A DNA stretch of 63,903 nucleotides, the filler included, from Salisapilia sapeloensis CBS 127946 (lineage: Eukaryota > Protista > Oomycota), in the NCBI GenBank assembly GCA_023334545.1. It is 7 parts of 7 records of this genome, joined end to end, with 100 filler letters (N's around TTAATTAATTAA, not from the genome) between each part and the next. Parts side by side here need not be neighbours in the genome. Positions count along the whole stretch, not along the records: positions 24,257 to 50,396 come from JAADVB010000243.1; positions 50,497 to 56,963 come from JAADVB010000561.1; positions 57,064 to 58,815 come from JAADVB010001054.1; positions 58,916 to 62,741 come from JAADVB010000720.1; 3 more parts are not named here. One strand, written 5' to 3'. The notes under the pieces were generated by a model. It was not told the DNA's origin. It saw only the letters and a list, made by a program, of their open reading frames with translations, and ran no database searches. This document shows, in pieces, positions 44,451-59,520 of the stretch; within the stretch, counting starts at the first letter, position 1, and every line of letters starts with the position of its first letter. The position numbers and the translations under genes are program-made.

Positions 44451-46056
44451 TTCGCTTGATGATGGAGGGCCTTGAACACGTATGATGGATAGCAAGTTTT
44501 GTGAAAGTAAGTTAGCGACAGAAAACAGAAAGGAACAAAAAGTAGTCGATGTTGCGTGCAACATGTTTGTGTAATGTCAATCGAATGAAAGAAGCTTTGG
44601 GTTTGTACGCGCTTTGAGTTGAATACGAGAGTTTAGAAGATATATTTTTATAAGTGGACAAAGAGGTAGTTCTACAAGTACCCCGTATCGAGTTATACAA
44701 CAAGAAGGGTACGTGGATGTACGGTGTAAAGTCCATTTTTACGCTTGTGATTTACCCTATAAACCTTTGGTATCATGTGAGCATTTGGAATCGCAGTAGC
44801 GCTGCATAAGATTCGGTTGAAGGCATACTTGGTACTAGGATTGCTGACAGACTAGTCATAACTACGATCAGGGAATAGACTTCATGGGGAACATGGAAGA
44901 TTTTCAGAGAATGTAATGAATAGATATTGGGAATTTTAGTCGTCAGGGATGCAATGAACTGTGTAGATTGAGATTCTATAAACACTGCTTTTAACGTGAG
45001 TACAGAAGCAAGTGATGACATTTGCAGTTTCCACGGAGACGCGAACTCTGGCGATATATTTCACGCTTAGATTCTGCCTGGATGTTGGTAGAGTTAAACG
45101 CATGCTTGGAGATAGCTGCAATATAAACTGAGGCTCTTTTCATGCTACAGCTGCGCTATTCCCTTCGACCTGTACATAAAGGGATTGTGCTTTTCATAAG
45201 CTGTCGTGGAAGTGTCAATGCATGTTGCTGAGCAGATCTAGCCTTACATTAGAATGCTTGCTAGCCCTCTTTAAAGCCTACACGTACTTGTCAGTTCAGT
45301 ATGCATTGTCACTATTCGATTCAATCATGGACGACAAACTCAAAGGGTTTAGTTTGACTAAAGAGACGTCTAAGATAGTTTGGTACTCTTGGATGGAAGT
45401 TTCACGCTTCAAGCGCATTTACACTGGCCTGAAGGTGTAAACATAGTCAGTCTAGCACCGATGTGTTGTCTGGAAATCACATAAAGTAAGCCGATACTAT
45501 GCACGCAATCAGGTGTGCTAGACAACTAAAGTATATACCATGTAAGATCCCTGCAGCTGGAAGAGCAGTACAAAGTCTGAGTAGGTAGGGCAGAAGAAAG
45601 CAATATTTCGGTTTCAAAAGTATAGCAGCTTTTAACAAACGAACGTTTAGATTGCATCTATATTCTTCTCTTACCATGCATTCCAGAATGTGCTGGAAAA
45701 GTGCTCTGGTGGGCGCTAGAGTTGGGTACTCGACAGCCGCAACAGTGGAAACTTGGCCTTCAAGTTGAAGAGCCAAGTATCTTTTTTCTTCGATTCATTT
45801 TCTGAGTATGCGCTGGATTTAAGATCTGCAAATCAGTTTTGGAAGGAGACCGTGCTCGCAGGTAGCGTTTTATGCGACGTACTGTCGAAAGAGATCGAAT
45901 GAAGCAGTATCTGCTTCAGCTCAGAGGAAATTTAGCTCTATCGACGAAGTGACCCACACTTTTACCTACATTATGACATGGCTACACTTCAGTCAGCAGG
46001 AGACCACTTCCTCTCACTTCGTCCGCCACTGCTTGCTTTACTCCTCTCTGAGAATA

Positions 46057-47456
46057 ATGGACGTACTCGACGAACTAGAAAATGAAGTGATACTGGAAGA
46101 GCTCAATGGATTCTTATCAGAAGCTATTGTGTCAACAGATCAACTTATGGATCAGAGTATCTTGTCATCAGATTTCTTGATTGACACGTCCACGGAGGAG
46201 AGAACGGAGTGCTCTTCCAATGACGATAAAACCACCGGTAGTCCGAGTGATTCGACTCCATTGGAGAGAATGCTCACCAAGAACAACACGCCATTACGAC
46301 CACAGAAGCGGGAGCTGCTTCGACTGCGTAAGGACGCCAAGAGATTGGAAGGTCAGTTGAGAGGCATCAAACGCCAGTTCGGATTTATCAACTCCTCTCG
46401 TGCAAGCCCAAAAGCGATTGTCAGTCGGCAGCGCCAGGCTCGTAATGTAACGGAAGAAGAGAACTCGAAACTGCGCCGGATGCTGGCACAACAGGCCAAC
46501 GCCATATCCAATCTCTCAAGCATTTACAACGGTAGTCAATACGCAAAGGTACTCTCTCCTCTTGTATCTTAAGAACATGAAATGGAATTATGTGTACTAC
46601 TTCTACTTTATTAGCTCAAATCAGCAAGCGTCATACTCCCTCTTATAGACCGACCGCGGAGTTTGAACTCTAATCCGCCACCTGAACACTTGGTGAAAGA
46701 TAACGAAGAGTTTACTGCTCTACTAGCAGCCGTAGATGCTGGCTATAGTCAATTGGACGCCAAGATCAGTCGGATCGAAGATGCCAAGAACGTTGCCCAC
46801 GGATCTTTCTTCACGACTAGAACGTCTTATAATGCCAAGGGTCGACGAGTATCAGAGCTGATGCGCTGCATCAACTTGCCTTTTGACCTGGACGTCGCCT
46901 CTCGGGCTGCATGGCGGATGCTGGGAGACGACGGCATCGGTCGGCTCTTCTACATGAAAGAGGTATCTCTGTCGGTCTCTACCTCTATGGTGTTGCTACT
47001 AAAGCCCATCTATCATAGCCATTCTCAGTGTCGGACAACTTGCGAGCGGAAAAGGTTGGACACATGCAATGTGAGCAGCCAACCATCAATTCCTTTGGAA
47101 AGCGTCTCATCCGGAGATACGTCGAACGCGACCGCATCGTGGTGGTGTGGAAGTTGGAATTGAGGCCAGTGCATATAATGGGAAAGAGCGTGAGTGGTGT
47201 GGTGCTGGAAAGGTATGGGTGGGCGACAATAACACCGGCGCAAGAAGGCGACCAATCTGGAAGCGTCTTCCGGATGATCATGGTGTTCCAAGTAGCGACA
47301 GAAGACGAAGAGCGGTGCTGGAGTGATGCACGGCTCGCAGAGCTTTATGATGCGGACGACGCACAAGGAAGCCAGATAGACGGGCTGGAAGAGCTGATGC
47401 AGCATTTGCTGATAGAAGAGGACATGAAGACGACGGCCGACCAAGTTTTCACGTAG
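46057..47456 (+). CDS. M96 mating-specific-like protein (coiled coil + START-like domain), 3 exons (46057-46548, 46615-46962, 47019-47456)
   Basis: ELLRLRKDAKRLEGQL, NSKLRRML, LPFDLDVASRAAW, RRYVERDRIVVVW, ERYGWATI. Confidence 0.85.
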
Positions 47457-49790
47457 TGACTCGATCATAAAGAAGACTTGTGCTCTTTCGTTCTTATTTG
47501 TTTTAGCTCCAGACTGTAGATCTACTTGATGTGGACTGGTGGCATCCTCTGTAACGAGCTGGGTTCCCTCGTATTTAATGTTGGTATTAAAGAGTTTCAT
47601 AGTTAGGATACATTTATCTGATCACTCGACTGGAAATTTCCAAAGTAATCTCGTAAAAATTACGATAACTGAAACCTTCCTACAGTTTTATTATTAATGT
47701 TAATTAATAACTATTTATCCAAGGCCCTGGCGAAAGGACAATGCGCAGCTTACAAGACTCGACAACTGGTGGGTATCCGCAGGGTAGTGATGGAGACTGC
47801 TGAAACACTGATTAATGTTGTTATTCAAGTTCAGATACCACGCAGCTAGGATGCTGTACTATCAGCTCATACTATGATGCTATCTCAGCGACCAGAAGTA
47901 GAGGCAGAAACAATGGTATTAGCGCGGAAGATTTCTCAATGGGCTCCCCAAGTGTATCGGCCTCCACTGCGGAATCAGCTAAAGCGATATAGCATCGGAT
48001 AGTGCATCCTAGGAGGCTGCTATGTCATACGGCAGCTCAAGTAGTACAAGGAAAGAGAATCATACTGGAATGGATCCAAACGGTTTTCAAAAAATTAGAA
48101 CGTCGCGGCTCTTTACGATCATCGTTCTTCAGACCAGTACATACATAAGCATGACATTGTAATTCTTATTTCAGCAAGACTATATTGGTTTAGCATATAA
48201 TCCTAATTTCTGTTTATCAATGATAGAACCGACGCGTAAGCATTATGACAGCGTTTGGACTCGGCATTTAAATTGATAAAATTTTTATGAAGAGGATTCG
48301 TACCTCATATGCCATTTTATGGTTACGTTCTTTGTGGTGGACGTATACGTTACCATTGCTATTAGTCAAGAGTTTCCTTTTGGACAGTCCTCTTGTGGTA
48401 TGTTTGTTACTAGGATGATAAATTGCATGCCTCTTTATTCAGAAAGGTACTAGTGGGACGAATAATGCGAGCTCATGGAGTAAGTTCAAGAACCATGCAA
48501 TTAAGTTGAAGAATTCAGTGCCGTTTGGAGCTGGCTTTGGACCTACAAGGAACGAAACGATATGCTTAGAGATCGCGTACTATGCACGTAATATTATTTG
48601 CCAAGACAGTCTAAGGTTTACAGCATACAAACCCCGATTCTCGTTGGTTAGGAAACATAGATAAGATCACGTTGGTAAATTTAGACCCTCTAGATCTGTG
48701 AATAAACGCCTCCCATTTTTAAATGTTGAACTAGCAAATACAAAACAGCTAAATTGTTGTTGCAGACAAAATGCAGGAAAGCGTTAGCACAGAGCGTTCG
48801 TCTGGTTCCTACCTGTATTTAAAGAATGCTAGTACAAGAATCTCTTCCTTATTGTTTCAATCGCCTATCGAAAGGGACAACACCCGATATAGAGAGCACA
48901 TAATGCGACCAACAAGTATTGGAAACCTGGGAAGCCGTCTGGCGACAAAAAGTAATGGAAGCCAAGCTGAGACCACTCAACCGTGATAGCACATTGTCTG
49001 TTATAATGAGAAAACTTACAAGAGCTTATAAACGAACTACGGCCGGCATTAGCTCGTTGCATGCTGGAAACTTCAGTGGTAATGTCATGTTAGTATATAA
49101 TACTGAAAGACAGACAGTTTCCCTAGTCATTTCCTTTATTCAAAGTTACGAGGAGGGTGCAAGAGACTTCTATCATACCATAAATATATCATAGTCACTA
49201 GATGCGGGTGGTTACTATGAGGAGCTCGATACCGAATACCAAAAAGCCTTCATGTTTCCCATCTAAGATGAACTTACTGGCGATTGTTAAACTTGCTAAA
49301 AATCTAAACTTTATACGATGTCTAGTGGCCAAGATACGAATTTGAATTGCCGACAATAACTAGTCGTCTCGTAGCAAGTACTGATTAATGCACTACTCAT
49401 CGTTTGTAGATAAACGACCTCTGAAGTGGTTTGGACTACCTAAAGACAAGATGAGAATGTGAAAACGAGAAATACAAAAGTAAACTCGATCGAAATTGCC
49501 GCAAACATAAGAATCCAACCTATAAACTAGTTTATATTAAATATTTCATATTTACGCACAATTTGTTATATTGTCACTTGATTCTAGAGTGACTTGCCAC
49601 GCTAACATATCGAAAAGGTCTGGAAAGGTTAAAAGTAAAGAGCGCAATTTGTGCTTTGAGTTGGTGACCTCAATGAGTATTGATTCATTTATTGTCACTT
49701 CACATATCATTGCTTCTGGGAAAAGAGGACTTTGAGGATTAAATTGAAGAAGTTTGGACCAGGCTCACCAAGTAGTTCGTGCTATCCCAA

Positions 49791-50396
49791 TTATCCAGGG
49801 ATGGGCACCACCTTTACTCGCAAATCGCTGCCCACTGACAACTCCAATGATGGAGTGGAGACGATTTGGTGCGGATTCTCCGTCATCTTCAAATCAAATT
49901 TGCTGAGCATCGAGCACATCACGATCTGCAGTTCAACTATCGCCATCCGCTGCCCAATGCATCGTCTTGGTCCAGTAAGCTATGATCACAAGCAAAATCG
50001 TTAAATAAAACCACAATTTTAAATAGTAGAAAGGAACGTACGAAGACTGGGAACTGGGATGGCTTCAAAGCAATAATGCCTCCTGTCGACGGATCAATCC
50101 AGCGCTCGGGCTTAAACTCACGCGCATCTTCTCCCCAAACACCAGACAGCTGTCCTGTTCCGCGCATCGACGTCATCACATCAGTGCCTTTGCTCACGTA
50201 CGTCCCGTCACTCAGCGTAGTGGACTCAATGGCAACTCGATATGAAAATGGTGATGTCGTATCTAGACGAAGTGTCTCTCGGATCACAGCCTCCAAGTAA
50301 TGAAGCTGATCAGCCTCTTCCACGGTCGGAACATCCGAGTTTTTGTTCAAAAGATGAGGTAGCTTGGTCTTGATCTCAGCGCGAATTTTATTCACA
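49791..50396 (-). CDS. Cytochrome P450 (CYP86-clan-like), C-terminal part, 5'-truncated, one intron
   Basis: YLEAVIRETLRL (ExxR), FKPERW, spliced F|LTGPRRCIG heme motif, stop TAA at 49791-49793. Confidence 0.92.
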
Positions 50397-50496
50397 NNNN
50401 NNNNNNNNNNNNNNNNNNNNNNNNNNNNNNNNNNNNNNNNTTAATTAATTAANNNNNNNNNNNNNNNNNNNNNNNNNNNNNNNNNNNNNNNNNNNN
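50397..50496. other. Artificial contig linker
   Basis: N44-TTAATTAATTAA-N44. Confidence 0.99.
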
Positions 50497-50637
50497 CGAA
50501 ATGGTGTTCTTCAACGACACTTCTTCGATCGAGTCACCGTACGTCCCGGACGCGAGTAGAATCATCTTCAGCAGCTCCAGCATGGCCACGCACAGCGTCG
50601 TCTCTTTGTCCTGTGAAATATCATTCTTGTTCGTCGA
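50497..50637 (-). repeat. Left arm of exact 141-bp coding inverted repeat bounding contig 4
   Basis: Exact reverse complement of 56823-56963; encodes STNKNDISQ...SLKNTIS (47 codons). Confidence 0.97.
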
Positions 50638-53374
50638 CCACTGCATTAACACTAATGACAATGCACGCAGAATGTCTTGCTCTAGCATTCTGCCTACACT
50701 ACGCTGCCCACCATGTACGGCACATTGAAGACACCGCAGTGCGTTTGCCTTGAGGCTAGCATCGCCATCTCCGGCGATAATATAAATCAGTGTCGAGAAG
50801 TTTTCGGGCTTGATGATATGCTCGACAATCTTGTCCGGTCGTTTCGCATTTACTTCACCACTGCGTACGATAGCTGTCTCACTAGCGGCAGTCGATGCCT
50901 TGGAAGTAGTAACTTGACTTATAAGCATCAAGGCACGAGATACCAGCTCTGGCTCATTTCCTACAAGCAGCGTATATAGCTTGTTGAGCACAACGGGTGA
51001 AAATGACTCCCCCAACTTGACGAGAGCTTCGAAGTACTGAAGAGCAGTACGGCGAGCTTTGTCTGAAGGAGCTTGCAGCAGCAAGTAAAACAGATCAGAC
51101 GCGCCGTATTTTTGCAAGGCTTTGATCGCAATGTCACTTCGAAAGCTATCGGGCTGCAGTACCTGCATTGCTAATTCCACCATTGACTTTTTCCGAGATG
51201 CAAAGCATCTTTTGAGCGTCTTGAAGATCCCTTTGAACTCATAGATGCGGAGGGCATACGAAGGCGAGAACCCACTGTAGCAACGGAGAACACCAAGAAG
51301 ATATTCCTCCTTTTGCAAGCCTTTGTCAGCCAAGATGAAATGAGCGGACACATTCCTGAGGCTTGTGAGAGTCTTCGTAAGTACGTCATACTCGTTCATT
51401 ATCCGGAGTATTTGCTTCTTTGCAGTAGCATCAACACCGTTATTCGTCTGTTCACCTGCTTCACATATATGGAGCAACAGCTTCGCTGCCATCTCTCCTT
51501 GCTCTGTTTCCAGTCGATCGAGTATCTCACATATAAATTCTGACTGTCGAGACAGGAAGAGTGCCAATGACGGCTGTACTGCCATTTGGCACAGGATATT
51601 GAATGCCAGGAACTGGTTACGCCGATCTCCTTTGTGTAGCACTGTCACCAAGGATAGGATTCCACCGGATGAGATCTGTTCTATGTTGTTACCCCAGACC
51701 AAGAGAACGGCTTCTGATGCTTGCAGACATTCGTACATAATAGTCAAGATCGCTTCAATGAGATCGCCGACTTCGCTCTGTCCAATTTCGTTGTTTTTCA
51801 CGATGCATGTCGACCACAGCATCACGAACTCTTCTGACAACTTTACTAGAACTGGTATCCCGCCGCATTCACACAATTCCATTACGTTGGCCACATTGTC
51901 CTTGATATATTCACGCAAACAACGGATAGCTTGAATGCGGACTTCAAACATACAGTCACTTTCGTGATCAGTCAGAAGGATCTTACGAATCTGTTCGCCC
52001 ACACCTCCTTTCCTCAATGCACTTTGAGACAATGGCGTCTTGCACACGGCCTCCACAAGTCGCAGAGCCTTGAAAAGAACCATTGCAGCATCTGAATCAC
52101 ATCGGCGTTTCTCTATAAGCATAGCGATTTCCAAGCAAGTCCCAGACTTGGCTAGTGCTTCATGTGCTTCTTCTCCATTTCCAAATTCGTCTTCCAACGT
52201 CACTAGGTTGATCAGCATATCGAGAGTAGGTTCATGCAGCTCCTCGTCGTCCACATCCAAGAGGTTTGCAAAGGAACCGACGCCACCTGCAGCTTTAACG
52301 TCGTTTAACTGCATGATCATGTTTCCACCCATGTTCGCTAGCCTTTCCGGCATGCCTCGTTCAAACGTCTCGGCGAGGATATACATGATCTTGATGCGCT
52401 GTGATGCGGACATATGTGCTTCTTTTAAAAGCCGCTTGAGTCCAATAATGCTGTAGTTCATTCCGTCCATAACGTTCCGATGGCAGCGGATACAGACTGG
52501 CTGCTTTTCGTCATAGTAGAGGCTGTTCGTGGGCAGCTTGACGCGATTGGCAGAGCAATCAGTGCAGAATAAGTTACCACAGACACGGCAATGACGTCGA
52601 CGTTTTAATACGCTGAACTTGGTATAGCAGTGACCACAGCTTGTGACGGTTGACTCTTTGACAAAGGGCGGCGCAAGGAGTCTCTTGGTCTTGTCCTCCT
52701 TGGATGCATATTCATTCGAGCGAAGTTTTACCGACTTTTTTAATTCCTCTGGAATCCAAGTCGACCTGTCGGAATCAGTGGACGCTGTATTCAGCATTTC
52801 TTGCTCAGAGATGGGACACTCATTGTTTAGCTTGTCGGACGATTCGTAAGAGGTCGGAGGATTTGCCTTCGGAGATTGTTTGTCTTTGGAAAAGCGAAAG
52901 GATTGAAGGAACTCATCCCATGGCTCATCAAAAGCTTGTGGAAGACCCGATTCCGACCATTTGGTAACTTCGGGTGTTTCCTTCGGCCGTTGCGACGTTA
53001 CTTCAGGAGTGTGCTTACCAGAAGTATTAGCGCGGGGTCGAGATGAAAGTGGAGGACTTTTGGTAACTTGGGTTTGAGGCTCTTCATCTTGTTTTTCAGC
53101 AAAGCACCGATCGGTCCGAGGATCGAACCATGTCGTAGTTTTCGAGTTGTGATCAATGAAAAGCACTCGGCCGGAGGCATCCTTTTGCTTTTCCCATCCT
53201 GGTGGGAGTGGGTCCTTCGTCGGCAAATGCCACGATGTCTAGAATCGAAATAACGTGAGTCGATTAGTTGCGACAGAGCGCGAGAGATTAAAAGTATGGA
53301 CATACTTGGCGTGTAGTGTAGTTAATATAGAAGACTCGGCCTTTGGCGTCGACGCAGGGTTTCCATGAATCCAT
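50497..53374 (-). CDS. WW-WW-FYVE-armadillo-repeat protein, paralog A, 3'-truncated (exon 1 53374-53306, exon 2 from 53238)
   Basis: MDSWKPCVDAKGRVFYINYTTRQ|TSWHLP; LPPGW...FIDHNSKTTTWFDP; CGHC...RRRHCRVCG...CTDC...VCIRC; long helical repeats. Confidence 0.9.
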
Positions 53375-53416
53375 AGTCTTACTCTTATCGCTTTGGTCCT
53401 AGCTCTGCGCTGTCGT

Positions 53417-53432
53417 GTGAATTGCAAAATGG
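53417..53432 (-). promoter_or_regulatory. INR+FPR core promoter of paralog A
   Basis: Minus strand CCATTTTGCAATTCAC about 45-60 nt upstream of the ATG at 53374; supports the added exon 1. Confidence 0.65.
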
Positions 53433-54141
53433 AAGCGATATTGATAGTCGAACGGCAATCAGATGGGCACGTTTAGACATACTATTAAGCTGCAAGAACG
53501 ATTTGGAGCATGTATTCGTACTTCGTGCCTTTTTGACGAGGATCTAGTCTAGCGATCTGCTCTGTCCTATTCGATTTGAACAAAGTCTGATTAGTTTTTC
53601 TATTAAGCACTCCATCTGACATGTTATCATCTCCCCTGTCAGCGCTAGATTCATTGAACTAGCGTGCGTACCCTGTACTAGAAGACTTAATCAACTATCT
53701 TTCCATCGTATCCACTGGACTTCTGTCCATGAAAACCTTGCAACCTTGCAACCTTTTAACACGTCCTGTCATATATCATTATGCCGGCTGGATGACTTAT
53801 GGCGTTACTAGTTGCCCAGCTTGCTCATCGGTGTATGCTTCGTCGATAACGTCGTACACCAAACTCCGGCGACGAATGGATCATCCGATCGTTCAAGATA
53901 CCTTTTCAAGGCGGAGGTCGTACCGATCCTACGGTAATCGACAACAGGCCGTTACATACGTGAACCTGCTAGGACAGATAAATAACACACGAACGCCCGA
54001 GGGAGGTTTTGTACGATACGCGGTCCAAAAGCTTCCAGGAGAGCTACACTGACGTGGACATAAAGCCAGATTCTAGACAGGAACGTCCGAAGAAGTTCCA
54101 TATCACATACAAGTTGTAAGAGGAACGACTTAAACGAAGGA

Positions 54142-56963
<2,822 letters not shown>

Positions 56964-57063
56964 NNNNNNNNNNNNNNNNNNNNNNNNNNNNNNNNNNNNN
57001 NNNNNNNTTAATTAATTAANNNNNNNNNNNNNNNNNNNNNNNNNNNNNNNNNNNNNNNNNNNN
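56964..57063. other. Artificial contig linker
   Basis: N44-TTAATTAATTAA-N44. Confidence 0.99.
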
Positions 57064-57102
57064 CACTTGCAATTAGTTTATCAACCAAGTCAGCTCCTAT
57101 AG

Positions 57103-57436
57103 GGTAGCCGGACAAGCAATTAAATCTGGATGGTATGAAAAAGATGGAAGTGGATCCACCATCGTTGAACCGTCCAGAATCTCTCAGCTGCCAGAAAGGT
57201 CTAGTGATTTGCCAGGCAAAGAATCCTGCGCTGGCAAAGTATACGAATTTGATTCGAATCAGCTAAGCCCTTCGACTGAAGGTTCAATAAGTGCTTTTGC
57301 CAAATTGACGTCGTCTAGTAACGATGGGCAGGTTTTGGGGTCTAGGAAGAAGTCCTCAGATAAAAACTATCTCGAACAATGCGATCAAGAGGAGGAAAAA
57401 GAGTTGGAAATTCTGATTGAAAACGTTTGGAGTTAG
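57103..57436 (+). CDS. Possible terminal exon of an unidentified gene
   Basis: Frame stays open for about 110 codons after a CTATAG acceptor (VAGQAIKSGWYEKDGSG...ENVWS*); no family recognised. Confidence 0.3.
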
Positions 57437-58574
57437 CATTTCTGAGCCTGATCTGAACGATAAAGAGAGTGGCCGATAGCTTGCGTGGCTAAAGATGACT
57501 GAGTAGCGACTTCGGCAGGATGAATAGTTCTCTGGCGAATCGATAAAAAGGAGAAGCATGATGGTTTGACCGTTTAATAATTGGTATTAGAAAAGTTTTA
57601 ATTCAATGGTAGTATCAGCTTAAGATCATGGGCTCAGCTTTTTCGTTAGATGACGCTTGGCGAAGCGAGAAAGCGCTTTTATTGTTGTATATTGATCCAA
57701 GCGAAACTAACAAGTAGTTTGTACGGATGCTATCTTGTAGGTAGATGATCATAGTGGTAGAGATCATTGTGATGCAGATTCAATAAACTTTAGTAGGAAT
57801 GTAAATCAGGTGATCACGTGGTAATTTCAAGTGAGATGGAGGAAAAGAGTTATTGACCATGACTGTCTATTGAGCTGCTTTGACATCATAAACCTGCAAC
57901 ATGAAAGAGATAAATTCTAGTAATACATTTAACTCGACAATAGTTATGTCAAGTGCCTGTCTTCTCACGGACATTAAACTAGCTGCTTCAATCGTACTTC
58001 AACTTTGACTGGAACACGCAAATGCACGCTTTCACTTCTATCATCCCAATTACACTAAAACTTGAGAGTTAAGCTACTAGTAGGCATAAGAAGAAGGAGA
58101 TCGATAAATCTAACATTGATAGACTGAGAAAATGGTAGCACCGGGCGAGATGAGGATCAATTCGTGGGTTGCAAAGTGGACAATATTCGTCAGATCGCTA
58201 TGAAGAGAAATGACCATCTAAAAGCCCAGTTCAGGCCTAGGATACGCCGTCATCGGCCAAGCAGGAACAACACTACCAGTTATACCAGTCTGAAGTCTTA
58301 TTGTGTATTGTGTCGTTTAAAGATGCTGCGGGAAAAACTGGGGTTGAAGCTAGCAGATCGAACATAAAATAGTCAGCAGATCTTCTTAGGATCCTCAAAA
58401 AGGCTAATTGACGCCTACAGTCTTGAGCAGACAGTGGTCTCATTTTCGAATAGAAAAGCATCTGAACAGTAGAAATATTTGTCAGGTTTGCATAGCACTT
58501 GCGTGGGTTCTGCTTAGCACGATAACCACAGTCTCATTTGCGGAAAAGTTATCTACATCGCAAGTTCTACAAGC

Positions 58575-58815
58575 ATGGTCGTCGACGAAAAGATTTGGAA
58601 GTCCTGGGACGAGCACAAGAGTGTTGAGGTTGGCAATGGAATTAACCTCCATTACGTCGAAGTAGGCCCGAAGAATGCGCAGCCGGTCGTCCTGGTCCAC
58701 GGTTGGCCCGATTTCTGGTTCGGCTGGCGTCACCAGATCCAGGCATTGTCCCCGCTCTACCGGCTCATCGTGCCGGACCTGCGTGGCTTTGGTCAGAGCT
58801 CCAAGCCTCTCGGAG
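58575..58815 (+). CDS. Epoxide hydrolase (alpha/beta hydrolase), 3'-truncated
   Basis: LHYVEVG, VVLVHGWPDFWFGWRHQI, IVPDLRGFGQS. Confidence 0.92.
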
Positions 58816-58915
58816 NNNNNNNNNNNNNNNNNNNNNNNNNNNNNNNNNNNNNNNNNNNNTTAATTAATTAANNNNNNNNNNNNNNNNNNNNNNNNNNNNN
58901 NNNNNNNNNNNNNNN
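58816..58915. other. Artificial contig linker
   Basis: N44-TTAATTAATTAA-N44. Confidence 0.99.
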
Positions 58916-59317
58916 AAGTCCGTTCGTGGCGAGTACGCTGCTGCAGACAACGCCTTTGAGGAGTATCCGTACCGGTCGCCATGCGGGAAGGAGATGAACT
59001 TGGTCAAGTGCGCCGACACGCCGTTCGTGTTCTACGACTTGGAAGAGCAGGAGGAGGGCGAGTGGGCGCTGTCGTTTGGCGGCGGCGAGATGCGCATGCC
59101 GTTCCGCCCGGACGCGCTCTCCATCTCGCTGTCGACGGGCAGACTGTACCACCCAGTGGAGACAAAGCACGTCCGCGGCATCGGTCTCGTCAAGTCCCAA
59201 CTGGCCGTGGAGCTAAGTCAGCACATGGCGCTGGAAGGTGACGAGTTGGAGAGCGCCGATGTGGTCGGAACGTTTTCCTGGCGCGGCCGAACGCACTCCA
59301 TCACCTCCGTGGACTAG
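58916..59317 (+). CDS. C8orf82: UPF0598/C8orf82 (DUF4505)-like protein, 5'-truncated
   Basis: YPYRSPCGKEMNLVKCADTPFVF, PFRPDAL, GRLYHPV, GIGLVKSQLAVEL match recalled C8orf82 blocks. Confidence 0.85.
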   Translation, partial: KSVRGEYAAADNAFEEYPYRSPCGKEMNLVKCADTPFVFYDLEEQEEGEWALSFGGGEMRMPFRPDALSISLSTGRLYHPVETKHVRGIGLVKSQLAVELSQHMALEGDELESADVVGTFSWRGRTHSITSVD

Positions 59318-59520
59318 ACCGGAAGCAGGAAGCACACGGCGTAACGGAGACGGATCTGGTCGGTCCAGCCGATGTCGACGTAGGTTACCAATAAAACATC
59401 ATCACGTGTGCGTCATCTGGGTTGACTTGGTTTGAGTATGCCGTAAACTCGAGGCAGTAGCCAAAGTTCCGGCGAGGTCTGCAGAAGCCGTCGGAGAGAT
59501 AGTTCCGGTCGTCCGTTCCG

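Noticed and set aside
24257-50396. RXLR or Crinkler effector genes in the gene-sparse tracts
   Set aside because: No signal peptide plus RXLR-dEER, and no LFLAK/HVLV motif, in any listed ORF.
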